Assembly: GCA_051362555.1 (NCBI GenBank) | Contig: CM120644.1 | Span: forward strand, 15,026,534 to 15,090,533 | From: Lingula anatina | Lineage: Eukaryota; Animalia; Brachiopoda | Direction of reading: 5' to 3' | DNA length: 64,000 nucleotides | In this document: piece after piece, positions 24,497-39,614 of the stretch | Layout of the letters: each line of letters starts with the position of its first letter | Numbering within the stretch: position 1 is the first letter of the stretch | Made by a program: the position numbers and the translations under genes | The notes under the pieces: generated by a model | The model's input: the letters and a program-made list of their open reading frames with translations, nothing else | Databases searched by the model: none | Told to the model about the DNA's origin: nothing

Positions 24497-26599
24497 CCCT
24501 CCATCGTCTTCGAATGCGGAAATAAGTAAACAAACCACGAGGAAATATGTAATGCTATTTTTTCTCTCTCCGGTCGATTAGGGACCGATGAAGGGGTACG
24601 CGTTAATTGCTGCGCGATCTTAGAAAGAGATACGATGAAGATGCACCCTCTTGCGCACAAGTCCTTCCACGATGCTCTGTTAGATGCAATGTTACTTTGT
24701 ATGACGAAAAATTAACTCCTTACTAAACATTCATTTCTTATGCCGACACATACTTAATTCTGTTCAAAGTTAGCCGTATTTTTTTTTATTTCTATTAAGA
24801 ATTTGGATTCCCTAAGCAAGACACTTTATAGGTACTTAAATACAGGCCCGTAGGCCGGGGGTAGGTGGGTAAGTGGTGGTGGGGGGGTTAACTAACATTT
24901 TGGCTGTGGGAGGTTTGAATCGATGGAACTTTGATCTAGGTTCAGTGCTATTATAATACCAAAGGTTCAATTTCTCAGAGAAAAAAAGTCTAATTTGAAA
25001 TAACTGGTTACAGGCCTCAACAATTGATTCCTTCATGAATTCTTTTTTTTTTTTGTGGTTAAACCATGTTTTTTTACTGCTAGAATATTGAATTATCAAG
25101 GAAAAACAATACTGTTACATTTCACAGCAAGTAACCAAGACTTGCAGCTTAAACAGAGCAGCAAGTTGAAACAAAGATTCATATGTTACTGTGGCCCCAG
25201 TGCTAGCGAGTAACGCTGCAAACGCACCCGCCCGTTCACGTGCGATCGCACATTAGACGGATTGGGAGGTGATGCCTTATGTTTATTTCCCCAATTTACC
25301 CGACACTAGTCACGGCTTTCAGTATAAACTGTAGTTCTTTTAGCATGTTTGTGTATAATTTATGTTTTGCGTGCTGATGCTCAAATCTTTGTACATGCCT
25401 ATTTTAGTTTTCTTTCGATGTGGTTATTTTTCTAATTTTGAGAGAGAGCCGTTGCAAAAAAGTCAGCGAACGCTGTGCTCCGGTTTCACTTTAAAGGATA
25501 TGACTTACATCTGTAACAGACAAAAGAACGAAAAAATAATCAGAGTGAATTCTTAATAAACGGTGACCATTCAATGCACACAGGTATAGTGATGCCATAC
25601 ATATACATGTATTTTCCTTTCAAATGTATGTAAGTCACTGAGAATATAGATTTGACCCGATATCGTTTTTCACCATTATTATCCTTTGAGTTTATATGCG
25701 GTATTTACCTTTAAGGGATTAGTTTATTATTAGTAGCTGTGCAATTGGTGATGTAAAACAAATTATCTATCAGCCCGGTACAAACCAACATAAAAATCCT
25801 GCTTATTTATTTATTTATTTATTTATTTTGCCTATATTGTTACACTGGTACATGCACTGATAAATTGGGGACAAGCAGTGAAGATGTTGCTGTCTCTCAG
25901 AGTTATTTTTCTCATCTTCACGGAAAAACAACATATTTTACCTGAATGTCATTTTCAACATGTCATTTATTGCACAATTATATGAAATTCAGGAACTAAT
26001 TTTTACATGCAAATCAACCTTCACATACAAAGCCCCTATTCAGAGATTGTGCTTTTGCTGTCCTTTTAACACAGAGCATTGCGGTTGAATCACTTAGCAA
26101 TGGCGGCAAGTAATCTCTCTGATCTCAATTCATTGGAGACTTAATGTATGCTAACACACAAATGGGGCCAAAAATGCAATAAAGTTTCAAAAGCGAAAAA
26201 ATTGACATGATTATGAAAAAAGATAAGAAGAAAAGTGGTAAGTTTATTTTGGTCATGTCTTCCTTGTTGACAGATTTTAGCATCGGCAAAAAGCCACTTG
26301 AATTGTTTCAGTTTCAAACACGTACACATATAGTTTTAACACTAATGGTACGCGAATTTTTCAGAGCACAAGGGTAAGGCCTTCAGATGTCTGCACGAAT
26401 TCTGTCTGTTGACGTTGTGACAAAAAAGGTTGAAGTAATAGATAAAAGGGCTTGTAATAGAGGGTAGTCAAAATGCATGTTTTAAACTTATTCTAGAAAG
26501 TATTCAAGTGAGAGAGATGTAGGAGGGAAAGTTGTTGATATTGGACCTCCTCTCTTACATAAATGACTACATAAACTTATAAATGATTATAATATTACC

Positions 26600-26648
<49 letters not shown>

Positions 26649-29600
26649 GGTGGATACTGAATAAATCTACTTTTTTCAACAGTTTCTGGGAGCGATGGAT
26701 TAGGGTCCAGTGCCTTACTCGAATAGTATGAACGTTACATCATTATCATTGCAACAGCGCACAACAACAACAACAACATCACATATTTCAAACAATTGTA
26801 GGCCAAGCATCGATGTGTTTATTCCTTGATATTGTTTAACGGCACATTAATTGACTTAAATGTATACTATCCACTTTGCGTTGAAAAAAAGTTCCAAAGT
26901 CACATAATCTATAATTTCATACTGCAAAGCTACTCATCTTTCCCAATCCAGACATTATAGGAACGATTAAGGCCCACAGAAGAAAAGTCTGATGTCGGTA
27001 TTCTTCAGAAATATACAGGAAGATATGGCTGATTCAATGATTATCCAGTTATCCCAAACTTAACCATATAAATGGAACTGGTATTATAGATATACTGACA
27101 AAATAATAAAATAAAAGTACAAGTAAAATAAAAGTAAAAATAAAAATCATAGGGACGGGTTAAGCAATGAATTGTGAGTAGGATTTTTCTCCTAGAAGAG
27201 TACATTTTGGCAGGAAAGTCTCGGAAAGGATATCTTTAAGTGAGTACATAGGCATTATGTGTCATAGTTGACAAACATAAGGCTTTTGGTATGAAACCTG
27301 TGCAAGGACGATACTTCATTGCTTTCCAGTATGAATACGGAATCAGCCGAAAGGTATCGAACACAGTTCAGGCACGAAGTGGATTGTGCTAGTTGAGACA
27401 AAGGGATGTGGAGCGATTAGGTCCAGGAGAGCACAGCCAAGAAGAGACGAATACCTTGTTGTTGTAATTTGTATTGCAACAACCTTGCTTATCCAACAGA
27501 TACACTATTGCTTTCTATGATGTGTGTCCCAGACGTTGCTATGAATCAAAGAAGTAATACCATGTTCCGTTTGTCATCAGCAAAGTATGAAGGCCAGTGT
27601 GTTTGAAGCCTATTTAGTTAAAAGTTGAAAAACTCAGGAATCGTTAAAAACAATACAATTATGATTATTATGATAAGAACCGCAAACGAGAAACTAAATA
27701 AATGAATCAACTAAATAATTTGTATGAAAAAAATAATACCAATAAACCTCGTTATTTTACATAGTTGGTAATGGAAAGTGTTTACTTCTTTGCCGAACCT
27801 AGTCGTGGTAGCTATGAAAAAGAAAAACCTTGTGCAATAGAGGCTGTTTAAGGCAAACCTTTCTGTTTACAGAATCGTCTTAAACGGTGTTATCGTGGCA
27901 AAGTAGGCCTATCAGACAGAGGAATGCACAAAGATCGATACAAGTAATTCTGAACCCACCCAAAACAATATTATGAAAATATCTTACAATGGTCCCATTG
28001 GGTAGGTAATTTCGTTACCCGTGAAAGTCACTTGTTATTTCCCCGAGACTTGATCGTAAAACGTTCATATTATTTTGCTCGATCGGTGAAGCACCCCATT
28101 CTCGTTAATGCGGCTTTTTATTCTTCGCCCTTTGTAAAATGTCATTATACCCGTTGATTTGTGATTTTTTAGTATTTTCGATTTGCATTATCAGTGAGTT
28201 ATGAATAAAGATTTGTTTACTGGGTACTGTGATTTGTGAATCGATAGTTTTATTTTCGGTGAACTGTGATCACTGCCCCCCCCCCCCCCAAAGGGTACCC
28301 TCTATACGTATGCAATGTTACTATGAATAGAAACGGGTCAATATTAAAAACTAGTTATTGTGGAAAGAACCTGTCCACTGTGGGATAAGGGGATTGAAGA
28401 CGAGGTTAAATGTTATAGTTAACTGCCCTTTTATACTGATGAACGTGGTGAAATTTTAACATTGCCAGACATTTTAATATCAGTTTTGATTTCTTAAAAT
28501 AATAACGACAAGTTCTTATTTTTGATTAGTGGTGATAATATGATTAATTTAGTAGTCACAACCTGCTGCCGATTTCCAGAATTACGAAAAAAAATATTTA
28601 TGAATACTGTTTTTATGCATGTTTTTTAAAAGTGATATTCGGTCTCTCATTGTTCTCTCTAGAACTGCCATGTTTCATTGTTCTTTATTTATATTACTTT
28701 TTTTGTGGGTGAGAATTAAAGAAAATATCTTGATCTTGAACTTGATTTAATATAATTACCTGTATGTCTAACATCATGAAAAGCCTTACCTGGAATACAG
28801 CATGAGTATCGAATGGTGGAATCCGCTTGATTTGTGAGGTGAACAAAAGGTAGAGAGTGAACAGTGTGAATAAAACGACGTCGACGGAAAGTGAGAAATG
28901 ATGCGACGAAGGACAAGCAGCGATGTGGAACTTAGTTGACAGAGCAGTAGTCAGGGGTCCTATCAAATAAAGGATCACGAAATTAAAAACACCCTGACAC
29001 ATTTTCATTCATTCCTTCATTCATTCGTTCGTTCGTTCGTTCGTTCGTTCGTTCGTTCTTTCATTCATTCGTGCATTCATTCATTCATCACATAAAAAAA
29101 TCTACCTTATTATTTATAATCACGGAAATATACAGGTGTCACATTAACGCTGTTATGAAAACAAAGTCCAAAACACTGTTGATGACGTTAGTGAAAAAAA
29201 TGATCAATAGAGAAGGGATTACAAGAGCTTGGGTAAATATACATATCAGCCTTCACTATTGTAAAACCACGCGATCTTGAGAACAAGAACATGACATGGA
29301 CGTTTCGTTTTTCACAGATTGATTTTTATTCTCGACAATCCGTTAACAAATTTTGTTGCCATTTCTTAAGTAGAACGTATTATATTTCACGAATAACGAT
29401 TGTATGATTTATTCAGAAGGTCCAGTGAAAGTTCCTGGGAAGCAATCCAACGGGAACACGTGTATCATTTATTTTACATTGTTTGTACGGGTCATTTCTT
29501 AAAATAACAAACTCTACACATTGTTGGGGCCAGGGTGAAACCCACTGTACATGTTTGAGGAACATGCTTGTAGCAAAGGGGAATGGCTCGTATTTCGTTC

Positions 29601-30427
29601 GCATACAGGTTTGTAGAAGCAGAAAAGGAAAAATCCACGATGTACCTCAACCCCCCCTACCCCCCCCCCCCCCACCCCCCCCACCCGTCCACGACCAGTC
29701 TGTCATTCCCCGGGAATAGAAATCGAGGTTTGAAAAGTTAATCCTCAAATGAAATGAAATGAATAAATATGTTAGTATAACTTTAACGTACATAGCGATT
29801 AGTAACAACAATAAATAAATTCACGTAGGGCTCTTTACACAGCCGTACATGGACCCCCACGAATTATAGACCCACTTGTAGTAATTGTTTGGTAATGCGG
29901 TTTATTATATATTTGTGTTGGGCGATCAATGTCTGAAATCAATGCATTTTAGCCCGGGCACTATCAAGTATAGATGGCTTTTTTAATGGATACATAACAC
30001 CACATAACATCATAACTAAAAGAACATGTAGTGTATTTTTATTAAAAGTCTTAACATTTCTACAGAAGCTGTTGTGGCAGTTGCAAAACTGGTTGGCGTC
30101 TTTCAACCGATTTTGTAACGGCTTCAAATGCTTAAGACAGACATTGTATGTTACAGAGTATATTTACAGAGCTGGTCATGCAAAGTGGTTGCTTCTTGTC
30201 GTATGCTACCGTGGTAGTGACAATAAAAATAATAAAAAAAAGAAAAAGAAAAAAAAAACGCTTGACGACAATGACCATGTTACAATCAGCACAACACAGT
30301 TAAGTGTCCGGCTATGGTCCATATAGCGTAACAATTACGCATCATCAAAAGTAAATCATTGATTATAAAACGTTGCAGGGTTAATTACGTGAAATAGGTC
30401 TCGTCCCAGATTACGAGAAAATGGTGC

Positions 30428-30597
30428 TCATGGCGTGGAGGAGATCTCGACGCTGGCAGGCGAACTCTCGTTTGTCATCGTCTCCGAGGAAGATCCGTCC
30501 CCGAGTGCGCTCATAGTGGCTTCTGCCGTGTTTGCAGTAGCTGCCATTGCCACTGCAGATGTTGAAGACGGAGATATGACGACAGTGACTTCTTCGA
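30428..30597 (-). CDS. Probable terminal coding exon, frame uncertain (Ser/Thr/Ala-rich in one frame); may belong to the PAN-domain gene
   Basis: GC-rich island preceded by a good acceptor (CTATTTTCTCTTTTTCAAAG). The phase-1 frame reads VEEVTVVISPSSTSAVAMAATANTAEATMSALGDGSSSETMTNESSPASVEISSTP*; another frame is also open. Confidence 0.4.
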
Positions 30598-31604
30598 CTT
30601 TGAAAAAGAGAAAATAGAAAATCAAACAATCTGTCCTGAGGAGTATCATCATTACCATTATCAATATATAATTTTGACACTTTACTTGTTGGATGATAAG
30701 AATATTATGTCTTTTTTTCTTTCGGATACATAAGGAACTCTATATAATATATGAAAACAATTATATTTGAAAGGAGTCAAATAATGTGGATTTTAAAATT
30801 TGTTTCCTCACCTCCCTGAATTTCGCACCATCTGCCGGAGAAATTGTTTGGGCATGCGCAGTAGAAGCCTCTAAATCCAGTCGTATTAACGCATGTGCCG
30901 TTGTTTTGACAGGTTACCAGTTCACACTACAGGGAAATATATAAAAGATAATTAGAATTGTAACGATTATATTCCTGTTGGCTTGGTATATGTCTGAAAG
31001 GCGGATTCGAAATATGTGTATGATTAATAAGTAATTTACATAGCTGAAAAAAGTAATTTTAAATGTACCAGAAAATATTTACACAATACTGCATTAACAG
31101 CAATTCCCACCATCTCTCTATATTACTAATTTTAACTTTAGCCAATGTGATCTGATAACTACCTCTGTGGAGCGTTCCTAAAATGTGCAAAGTTGTGTCG
31201 CACAAGGCGTTAAACAATAATAAAATCATTAATGCGTTCCCAGCAGTTACGGATAATGAACGATTTCTCTTAGCATAAAAAACTTGAAATATATGAAAAT
31301 ATTATTTTCAGTTTAAAAGTAACTACAGTAATTCAAAATCTATTCTGAAGACTGAAAAAAAAAGAAATGTGTGGATTGTAAAGAAATATGCACAGTTTCT
31401 CAGTCGCATCTATGAAAAACTGAAAGACATTCCGCAGTTAACCTTCCTCCATTCACGACTCCGCATTTCTCCGTGCCTTGTTTATTTAAGGTTAGGTTTA
31501 TCATCCTGATTTCATCATCTGACTAGTGTAAATATTTTTCTTTTCTTTTGTACTTCAGTCTGGATGTGGGTAAAGTTACACTTCAAATTTTGCTTCTAGC
31601 CTAA

Positions 31605-31832
31605 GGCCTCATTCCCACTGATTTATCGGTCTACGTAGATCGATCCAACTCCGCATTCAAATTAGCAGTTTAACACACCTCCTCCTGGTGCTGAGTAAAA
31701 TGCAGTAACGCTGGTGCTTATACGAATACGTTGGAAATAAAAGGAGGCGTGTTAATCTGATTGCTTTCTGCGAGAGTCCCCGCAAAGTTGGGTAGATTTT
31801 CGTATACCGATAGTTTCAATGGGAATGAGAAC
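31605..31832. mobile_element. PIF/Harbinger (Tourist-like) MITE
   Basis: GGCCTCATTCCCA..CTACGTAGATCGATCCAAC ... GGGAATGAGAAC, flanked by TAA on both sides; homologous to 10758-10985. Confidence 0.7.
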
Positions 31833-33992
31833 TAAGATTACTTGTGTTTTGTGCCCGTGTTCTAACATTGCTGTGACATAACCTTAATCTAATCTGCAGG
31901 TCGATATACTGATGACTTAAGTAAATGATCGCTAATTACAATGAAATGGATTTTGAACTTTGAATCCTTGGAGAAAACGGTATGAGCGTTGGACATGGGC
32001 AATTTAATTCCACTGAAAGGACACTACGGTAAAATTAATGAGGATCATAACCAACAGTCCTGTTGTTAACATCGAACGGTGTCTGGGTACATCAAAACTT
32101 CCAACTTGAAGTCAATATCCAAACAATCCCAAAAAACATGGACAAAAGCAAAATGCGATATATCACATACACACACTGGACAATAGAAGTGTCACCCCTA
32201 CTGAACCAGTACTTTGGGGGAGATAAATGACTGTGGAATGATATGCTCCTGGTATCATTTTTTAACATTAAATTTCACAAACAGACCAACAATATAATTC
32301 CATGGTACAGCGGTTTTATACTCATTAGTCACATTATAAGTAGACCAGGCATTATAACTTTGATTACTCTGATTCAGGGGGTGACGCTTCTATTGTCCAG
32401 TGTGTGTAAGCATGTAAAGAGCATTTTGGCAATAGCATATAATAATGATTTTTGCAATTCCAGACAGAGAACAAACGCGTATCAAGCTAAATATTTTACA
32501 ATGAATAAAATGCTTTTCCATTAATGGCATGGCTGTGAATTCTGTGGTGATTCATAATGGTTTAGAGAATGCAACATAACTTATTGTTGATTTTTCAATC
32601 TGGAAAATAGTAATTGTTGTCGGCGTGTAAAGTGTGCCGGCGGCAGGCTCAAAATACGGTACGCAACGAAGATTTGATTTCCTTCCAAATTTCTGTCGGT
32701 GTGACAGGAAAGGTAGTCCCCCGGGGTCCCATATGATTAGCACAGGTTAGGGTTAGTCAGAGTATTGGGGTTAGTGTATAGGACGAATGTCTCCTGTACA
32801 AAGTAATGGGGAACGGACTACGGCTCCTAGCGGACTTCCATTCTTGTTACATCGGGATCCAGGTTTGGGCCCCGTCCAGAATTCTGTCAGGGAAGATTTG
32901 ATTTTTATCCAAATTTCCGTCACTCACATAAGAGGAATAAAAGAGAGACAAATTGGCATTTTTTTTAAATTCCCGATTGTGTTTCAAGAAACAAAGAACC
33001 CCTAGACAACGGTTGATAAAAGAATCACAAAATTATAGTAGTATTATCGATAAAGTTGTACTATAAATAATAAGTAAATAAGAGAATCTATTTATGCCAG
33101 GGATAGTTTTGTCTGCAATTTCGGTTGTAGCAGGAACTGCACATTTTGTCCTTGGAATCTTTGGACCGAGGTGATACTGCACCGCCCTTCTTCCGGAAAT
33201 GGAGATGTAGATTTCATTATAACCTGATAAACATGTATTGTAGCAACTGGTTCATCTTTAACAGCCACAGGTTTCATAAATGTTAGTTTGATCGATTGAA
33301 AATAATTTTAAAAAAAGTTATGTTTGTACAGTATTCAAAGGTGTAAAAAAAATACTGTACAAACATTATATTAGAATGGCTTCGCGTATTGATTGGAATA
33401 CGTGAAAGCTTCTACCGATATTTTTGTGATCTTGTTGGGTGTATTTGATTTCTTAACGGAAAGCGACATTATTCCAAACGATTTCACCATCTTTATCATT
33501 TTGTTAAAAAAAAAAAAAAAAAAACAATACGAAGAATAATTAAACAAGCATGAATTCTTAGCCTACTACATTGTGTTTCAAATAGGGAACTTTTTTCGTC
33601 TCAGCTCTCTTTCTATATTCCGGTTATCCTGGGAACAATGTTACTTCTTGGGGAATTATCATACGAGGGGCATTTCCCAAAATTGCTTCTGCATACAAAG
33701 TCGGCTATCCGAATCTGTGGTATTACCTAGGTACCAAAACACAAGTCCTTTTCATAATCTCCATATTGTTAACATTATTTTGTAAATTTAACACAAATCA
33801 TTGAAAAAAAGTGCAACCCCTTGAGAAAAAATGGCACACTTTTTTGTTACACGCATAATGAACACGCACACGTGCAACGCACGCACACGCACACACAAAA
33901 ACACACACGCAAGTACACACATGTACATGCACATAGATAATGAAATAACCAAAAAATATATATAAAAAAAAAGAATAAATGTACACACTTAC

Positions 33993-34345
33993 CATGTTTA
34001 CTGAGCTGAATCCAGTACCGGAGCAGGCATCGTAGGTGACCAAAGTGCAATCGGAGTCATTCAGCACCATTGCCGCCGGCGTGCTGTACGTCTCCAACAC
34101 GCTCTTGCTTATGCCGCTGAGAACGCACGTTTTGTTCGAGGCGCAGAAGTAGGAGGAGGCACACAGGGCGTTTTCCACGCACTTCGAGGCGCAGTCGGAG
34201 AGTGATCGGGCCCGCTGTTCCTTCAGGGTGTCGCCCTGAATGAAGGAACCCACACTGAGCTCAGCGTAACAGCCGTATGAGGGGAGGTCCGAACCCGCTG
34301 TTGATGCATATACTGAGTGAAAAAGAAAAAAAAGTTTAACTTCTT

Positions 34346-34380
<35 letters not shown>

Positions 34381-35764
34381 TTTCTTTGTTCAATACATAC
34401 ACTGAGTCAAATGGAAAAAGAGACAAATTTTGATTAATTTATTTTATTTATTCATTTATTTATTTATTCAATGTATAGTTCATCATTTATTGTCGTTACG
34501 TATTGGTTCTAAACCATTAAACTATTTATCCATTTTTTATCCATTCTTTATATATTTATTTTTACACATATAAACAGCAGAAATAAATGCTGACATTATG
34601 AGAGCACGGTCTGTAACATTCACGTTCTGTCCGACTGTATTTCATATTTCGATCCCATTTCCCGAAGATGAATCAGGGATGAGACGCGCTTAACACACGG
34701 CCAGATTTGCAGGGGCGCATTGTTGAATCAATTCAGTGGAGAGGGGCATGTCCTCAACATTATTATTGTCATCTTTCATATTATGTTACATATATACTTT
34801 TGTTAAAACAACAAAAGTAAACACTTTAAACCTAGCTAGATGGGTTGCGAAAGAGGAGAATGATGCTCTTCAGCCGAAAAAAATCAATCGCGCACTTAGC
34901 TGTGTTTTGTACATGAAACCCGTTGTTATAAAATTCATAATGCAGCTTAAAAGTGCAAACCAACACCTCAAGTTGGCAATATGGTTTTTGAGAACCCTCA
35001 TCAACCTACGGTCCGCATAAGGGAAAAATCATAGAATTGATTTACTGTCATTGCTAATGGATCCTGTTTTGTCCCATTACAAAGAGTTACGGGGCAGCCG
35101 AGTGAAGTCCTTGTTTTTAACGCAAACATAGGATCATTTCAAAAATGCTATTCATCAATCATAGGGAATTCTAATATTAGCGGTTGTCTATATACATTTT
35201 TTTTTGGTACGTGCTTACGTTTGTTTTATTTGCATGCGAACACGTGCATATGAACATGCGTGTGTCGGCACTAATAGTCATTCAGTGTGTTTACCATTTT
35301 CCAAAAAACATACGGTTATGATTGTATATCAGCGTGTTATGTATGTTAGTGCATGTGCGCGTGCACTTGCAAACGTAATATTGAGATAACCGCCTATTTA
35401 ATGAATTGTGTCAATCATTTAACTGTTCCATCAAAAAAAGTGATTGAAGTCGTGAAAATTATAGGTGCAGATTAGCTGGGTGTAGCTACTACGTCAATTA
35501 TCACGATATGTAAAAATGGTAATGCAAAACGTTTCGATTCGTAGCCACCAGAGTCATTCATTGCCTTTTCGTTTAAATCCCAAAAACATAATAACTTTGC
35601 AATGAAAATGAAAACACAAGAAAAAAAAAAAAAAAAGAAACGAACGCAGATCATTTCCAAATCGTTGTTGAAAATAAGACGCGTTTTGATATACCGGTAA
35701 ATGCAAAAGGGGTGCTTCACTTACCAGAAGCTAAAAGCAAGAATTTGATGAGATATCCATGCAT
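33993..35764 (-). CDS. Secreted PAN/apple-domain protein (first two exons; 3' end unresolved)
   Basis: Exon 35764-35725 (MHGYLIKFLLLAS, phase 1) joined to exon 34312-33993 gives signal peptide MHGYLIKFLLLASVYASTAG, then GCYAEL...ARSLSDCASKCVENALCASSYFCASNKTCVLS (PAN C-x3-C-x5-C...C-x-L pattern). Confidence 0.75.
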
Positions 35765-36816
35765 GGTGCTGGCCTCTTCTTTAAGTAACGCCTGTTACGA
35801 GTTACGAGTCTGCTTCAGGGAAGGCTTTCAGTATAAATGCCCAGGGCTTTTTAGGACCACCGCTAATCGAGGTATACTCTGTAAAGTAATTTTACTTTAT
35901 GCAAGTCACGCAATTTACATATATACTGCACATGTGCATTTGACTGGCAGTGTGGGCGTGGCCCTGTACACATACGACCAATCGTAGTAGGCATTTCTTG
36001 GAATTAAAACCACGTGACTGGTCGGGAGGGCATGTCATTGCGCATATATGGTTAATAATGGATATTGATTGCTGGACTATATTTATGGATTGATGACAAC
36101 GCAAATAACCTTGTGTCTAAGAGCAAATATCCAGGACTTTTCGAGCAAAAATTAATTCATTGACATATCTCGATCTTTAAGGTTGATGTCAATTGGACTC
36201 AATTTCGTGAGTATTTCGTTGGATATCACGGTGAGGTGGGGGTGTGGATTTAAGGGAGGACTGCAGGTTGGAGACTTTATGTCAATTAAAAGGTCTTAAC
36301 TTTTTTTATTCCTGTTGCATTTATTTTAAAATGTATCTTCACGACATCTAATTATGCTTTAAACACAACTCCAAGTTCATCGTGTGACGTAATATTGGGA
36401 TTTTTGGGGCAAAAACATCATTTTCAGTTTCCTGATTTCCTCAGGCACCCGATCAGCTATAAACATGCTTTTAATGGTTTTATAACAATTGAACAAAGTA
36501 CTACAAAATGGATTCGGGTTTTTTTCTTTAAAGACTTACTGTTGATTTTATCAAACACAGATTTATGTGATATTTATTTTCAACATTACGGTTTAGTTTT
36601 CTTGCAATATGAGAGATATCAGTTTACTTTCTACAGATTCACTACTGGATGACGTTTATATGGAGCTTTATTATATTTTCTCATCTTTTTAGACTGGGTT
36701 TGCAGAGCCGTGTTATGATCTGTTAATGGCACCGCCGTGTGTAGTAAGACAATCCTTGAAAAGGACAAGTGTGCCAAGGTGAAAAACATTGCCAAATATT
36801 GATCATTGGAATATTG

Positions 36817-37080
36817 ATATGCCAAACTGAGCTTCGAGCGAAACGCATTCTCTTCATCAATGTGTCGATATCTGTGTACTCTTTATTTAAAAAAATTAAG
36901 GAAATAAATATTTATGTTGTTGCATCCATGTGCCAGACTGAGCTTCGAGCGAAACGCATTCTTTGTCGATACTTGTGAACTGTTTATTACAAAAATTAAG
37001 AAAACAAATATGTATGTTACTGCTTCCATATGTCAGACTGAGCTTCGAGTGAAACACAGTTTTTTCATAAGTGTGTCAAT
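36817..37080. repeat. Three degenerate tandem copies of a ~100-110 bp unit
   Basis: AT.TG.CA.ACTGAGCTTCGAG.GAAAC at 36817, 36928 and 37028. Confidence 0.8.
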
Positions 37081-37453
37081 AATATAATATAATATAATTC
37101 TAAAGGTACAGGAAACGATTAACAATGCAAATAGTATAATAGTGTGAAATACCAATTTCAGTTCATGTCTCAACTAACACAATGAGAAATCTGTATTGAT
37201 GCGTAAACTGGCTTAATTCATCTCGTATAAAAAATAAGCATGTTGTCCTAGTTTACTTGTTGGCGGTACATGTACAACTGGTTAATGTGTCTTAATAATA
37301 TTTTAAGATTTATGTTTATCACTGATATTCACTATTAACATACAGTTAATCCAACAAACTAAATTTTCTAGTCACCAAGTCTTATTTTTCAAAGGTCTGT
37401 TATTTGTTTCATTTTGTGTAGACTTCTTGAGAATACGCCAGTGTTGCATTGCA

Positions 37454-37570
37454 CTAAATCTTGGAGTCTGCCGAGGTATCAATTTCTGGACCTGAAATCA
37501 AGCCAAACAATTGTTAAGACTTAAATTTAAGGGGAATGAAAAAAAAAGAAACCTGTTCAATAAAAGAAAC

Positions 37571-37621
<51 letters not shown>

Positions 37622-38538
37622 TTTTGCTGTGAAAATTACTTATGTGAAAACATCAAGACAGAAAGTGTGTGAATGATTACGAAAACCCCCTTACCAGTAA
37701 ATACAGTTTGTCATTTCATCGGAGCGTACCAAACAACCCCTCAATCTTTAAACACTATTTAAAAAAAAACTTAACCTAAATACCAGGTATACTTACATAA
37801 TTCACCCACGCATTCCCTCTTCTCCATTAAATCACCCGGGCAATCAACGCCTCCCAAACATCTACGGGTTCTGTACTGATATCCGGCCCCGCACCTTTCT
37901 GAGCAGGATCCCCAGGGTGACCACGTAGTCCATTCTTGATTTTCCAGCTCGCACAGGGTGTTTTTCCTTGAGTAGATAGAACAGGGATATGAGTCGTCGG
38001 GATAGCGAGGAGTTTTCCCGTATCGGCTGGGTACCCTGTTGAATAAGGGGCACTCCAGTTTGACGGCGCGGAGGTATGACGTGCCTTGGTACTCGCACTG
38101 GTAAAAGACGCAGTGGTTTGTGTCGTCGCGGAGGAACTGGGGTGTGAGGCGTTCCGGGTCACAAGCGCCATCTATTGAAAAAATGCAACATTAAAGTAAA
38201 GTCAAGTGAGTGCAACTCACTGTACGTTTTAAGTAATGGTTTGGATCTCAGTTGTGTTATTATCTATAACAACCAAAACTATTTCTATCTATGTATTATA
38301 TAATTTTTTAGATATTATGTCTAAAGTTTTGCTTTTTGCACACACTCTTTAATATTTTTTCTTAAAATGTCTTTATAATATCTATTTTTTCCAAATATTT
38401 CCACTGTAATTTGTATTCACTAAATTAAATGGCGCTTTGATTTTGTAGTTTTACATTTACAGTATCTACTGTACACTTTAACTTGCCGCCAGTAGAAACA
38501 ACTGAAATACAAAAGCAAACACCCGCATCCCTTAGCAA

Positions 38539-38573
<35 letters not shown>

Positions 38574-38755
38574 ATACATGAATAAATACAAATCAAAGTG
38601 CAGAGAGTCATCGTGTGTGAATTAAAGATGAGCAAATCACACTTTTATTTTGTAACAGTTTTATTTGCTGAGATCGATAACTCACCTTGTTTGGCAATGG
38701 CAACGCTAACCGCCAACAGCAAGGGTATAAGGACAAACCAGAGTGAAAAACCCAT
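37454..38755 (-). CDS. Small secreted protein (160 aa): variant peritrophin-A/CBM14-like 6-Cys domain plus thrombospondin type-1 repeat, paralog 1
   Basis: Exons 38755-38686 (MGFSLWFVLIPLLLAVSVAIAKQ), 38171-37797 and 37491-37454; both introns phase 1. TSP1: WTTWSPWGSCSERCGAGYQYRTRRC. TATAAATA on the minus strand at ~38910. Confidence 0.88.
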
Positions 38756-39557
38756 CTTCTTCTTGCGAAAATGTGCCAAAATGAGCTCTAATTCTTCTGC
38801 ACAGGTGCTTTAAAACGAATACTATTCTTAAGTTTATCTTCGTCTGCAAGTCAGTTCTCTTTTGCCAATGAAGTTTCCAATTCTGATTTAGCAAAGGTTG
38901 CTCTCTCGTATTTATACCATTTTGGTATTATTTACGAGGTTTTCCGATTTCCGCCGTGGTTGTAGCATCTTATAAATTGCATTGTCTTTTGACTTTTCCG
39001 ACATCTGTCAAAATGACCGAGGGAAATATGATTAATGATATAAATTTAAATCGGTCAAGATTAATTAATTGAACAATCTTGGATAATGAGTAATATGTGA
39101 TATATTACGACATTTCTTGTTAACGGTTGAATTACACCTGTGTATCGACATATGGCAATTGAGGAGCTTTGAGGTGCTCACCCCAAAATCCACCCTTTTC
39201 TTTTAGCTTTAAAGCACTTCAACGATGTCCCTGAATGACACGTGTTTAACAGCACACATATATTTTGCCATGATCTTATTTCCTCTATATCCTTGTCAAT
39301 ACAAATGTTTTATAATATCTATTCTGAGGTCGAGACATCTGCACCGCCCACAATACAGGTGTATCTTGACACTTCCTCGTAATATTGAATCATTTTAGGT
39401 TATTCATATTTCATACATATTAATAATATTAATAATAGCTGCTAATTTGGTAGCCACATACAGCCAAGGTCCACACATTACAAATGTGTCTGTTACTCGT
39501 TAAGTGAACAAAATGTTGGTATTATTAATTCATGTAGGCTGATGATGGGCCGTTCAC

Positions 39558-39614
<57 letters not shown>

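Noticed and set aside
27200-27610. Possible decayed RNase H or LINE remnant on the minus strand
   Set aside because: Only a faint motif resemblance, with stops and frameshifts. Not supportable without a profile search.
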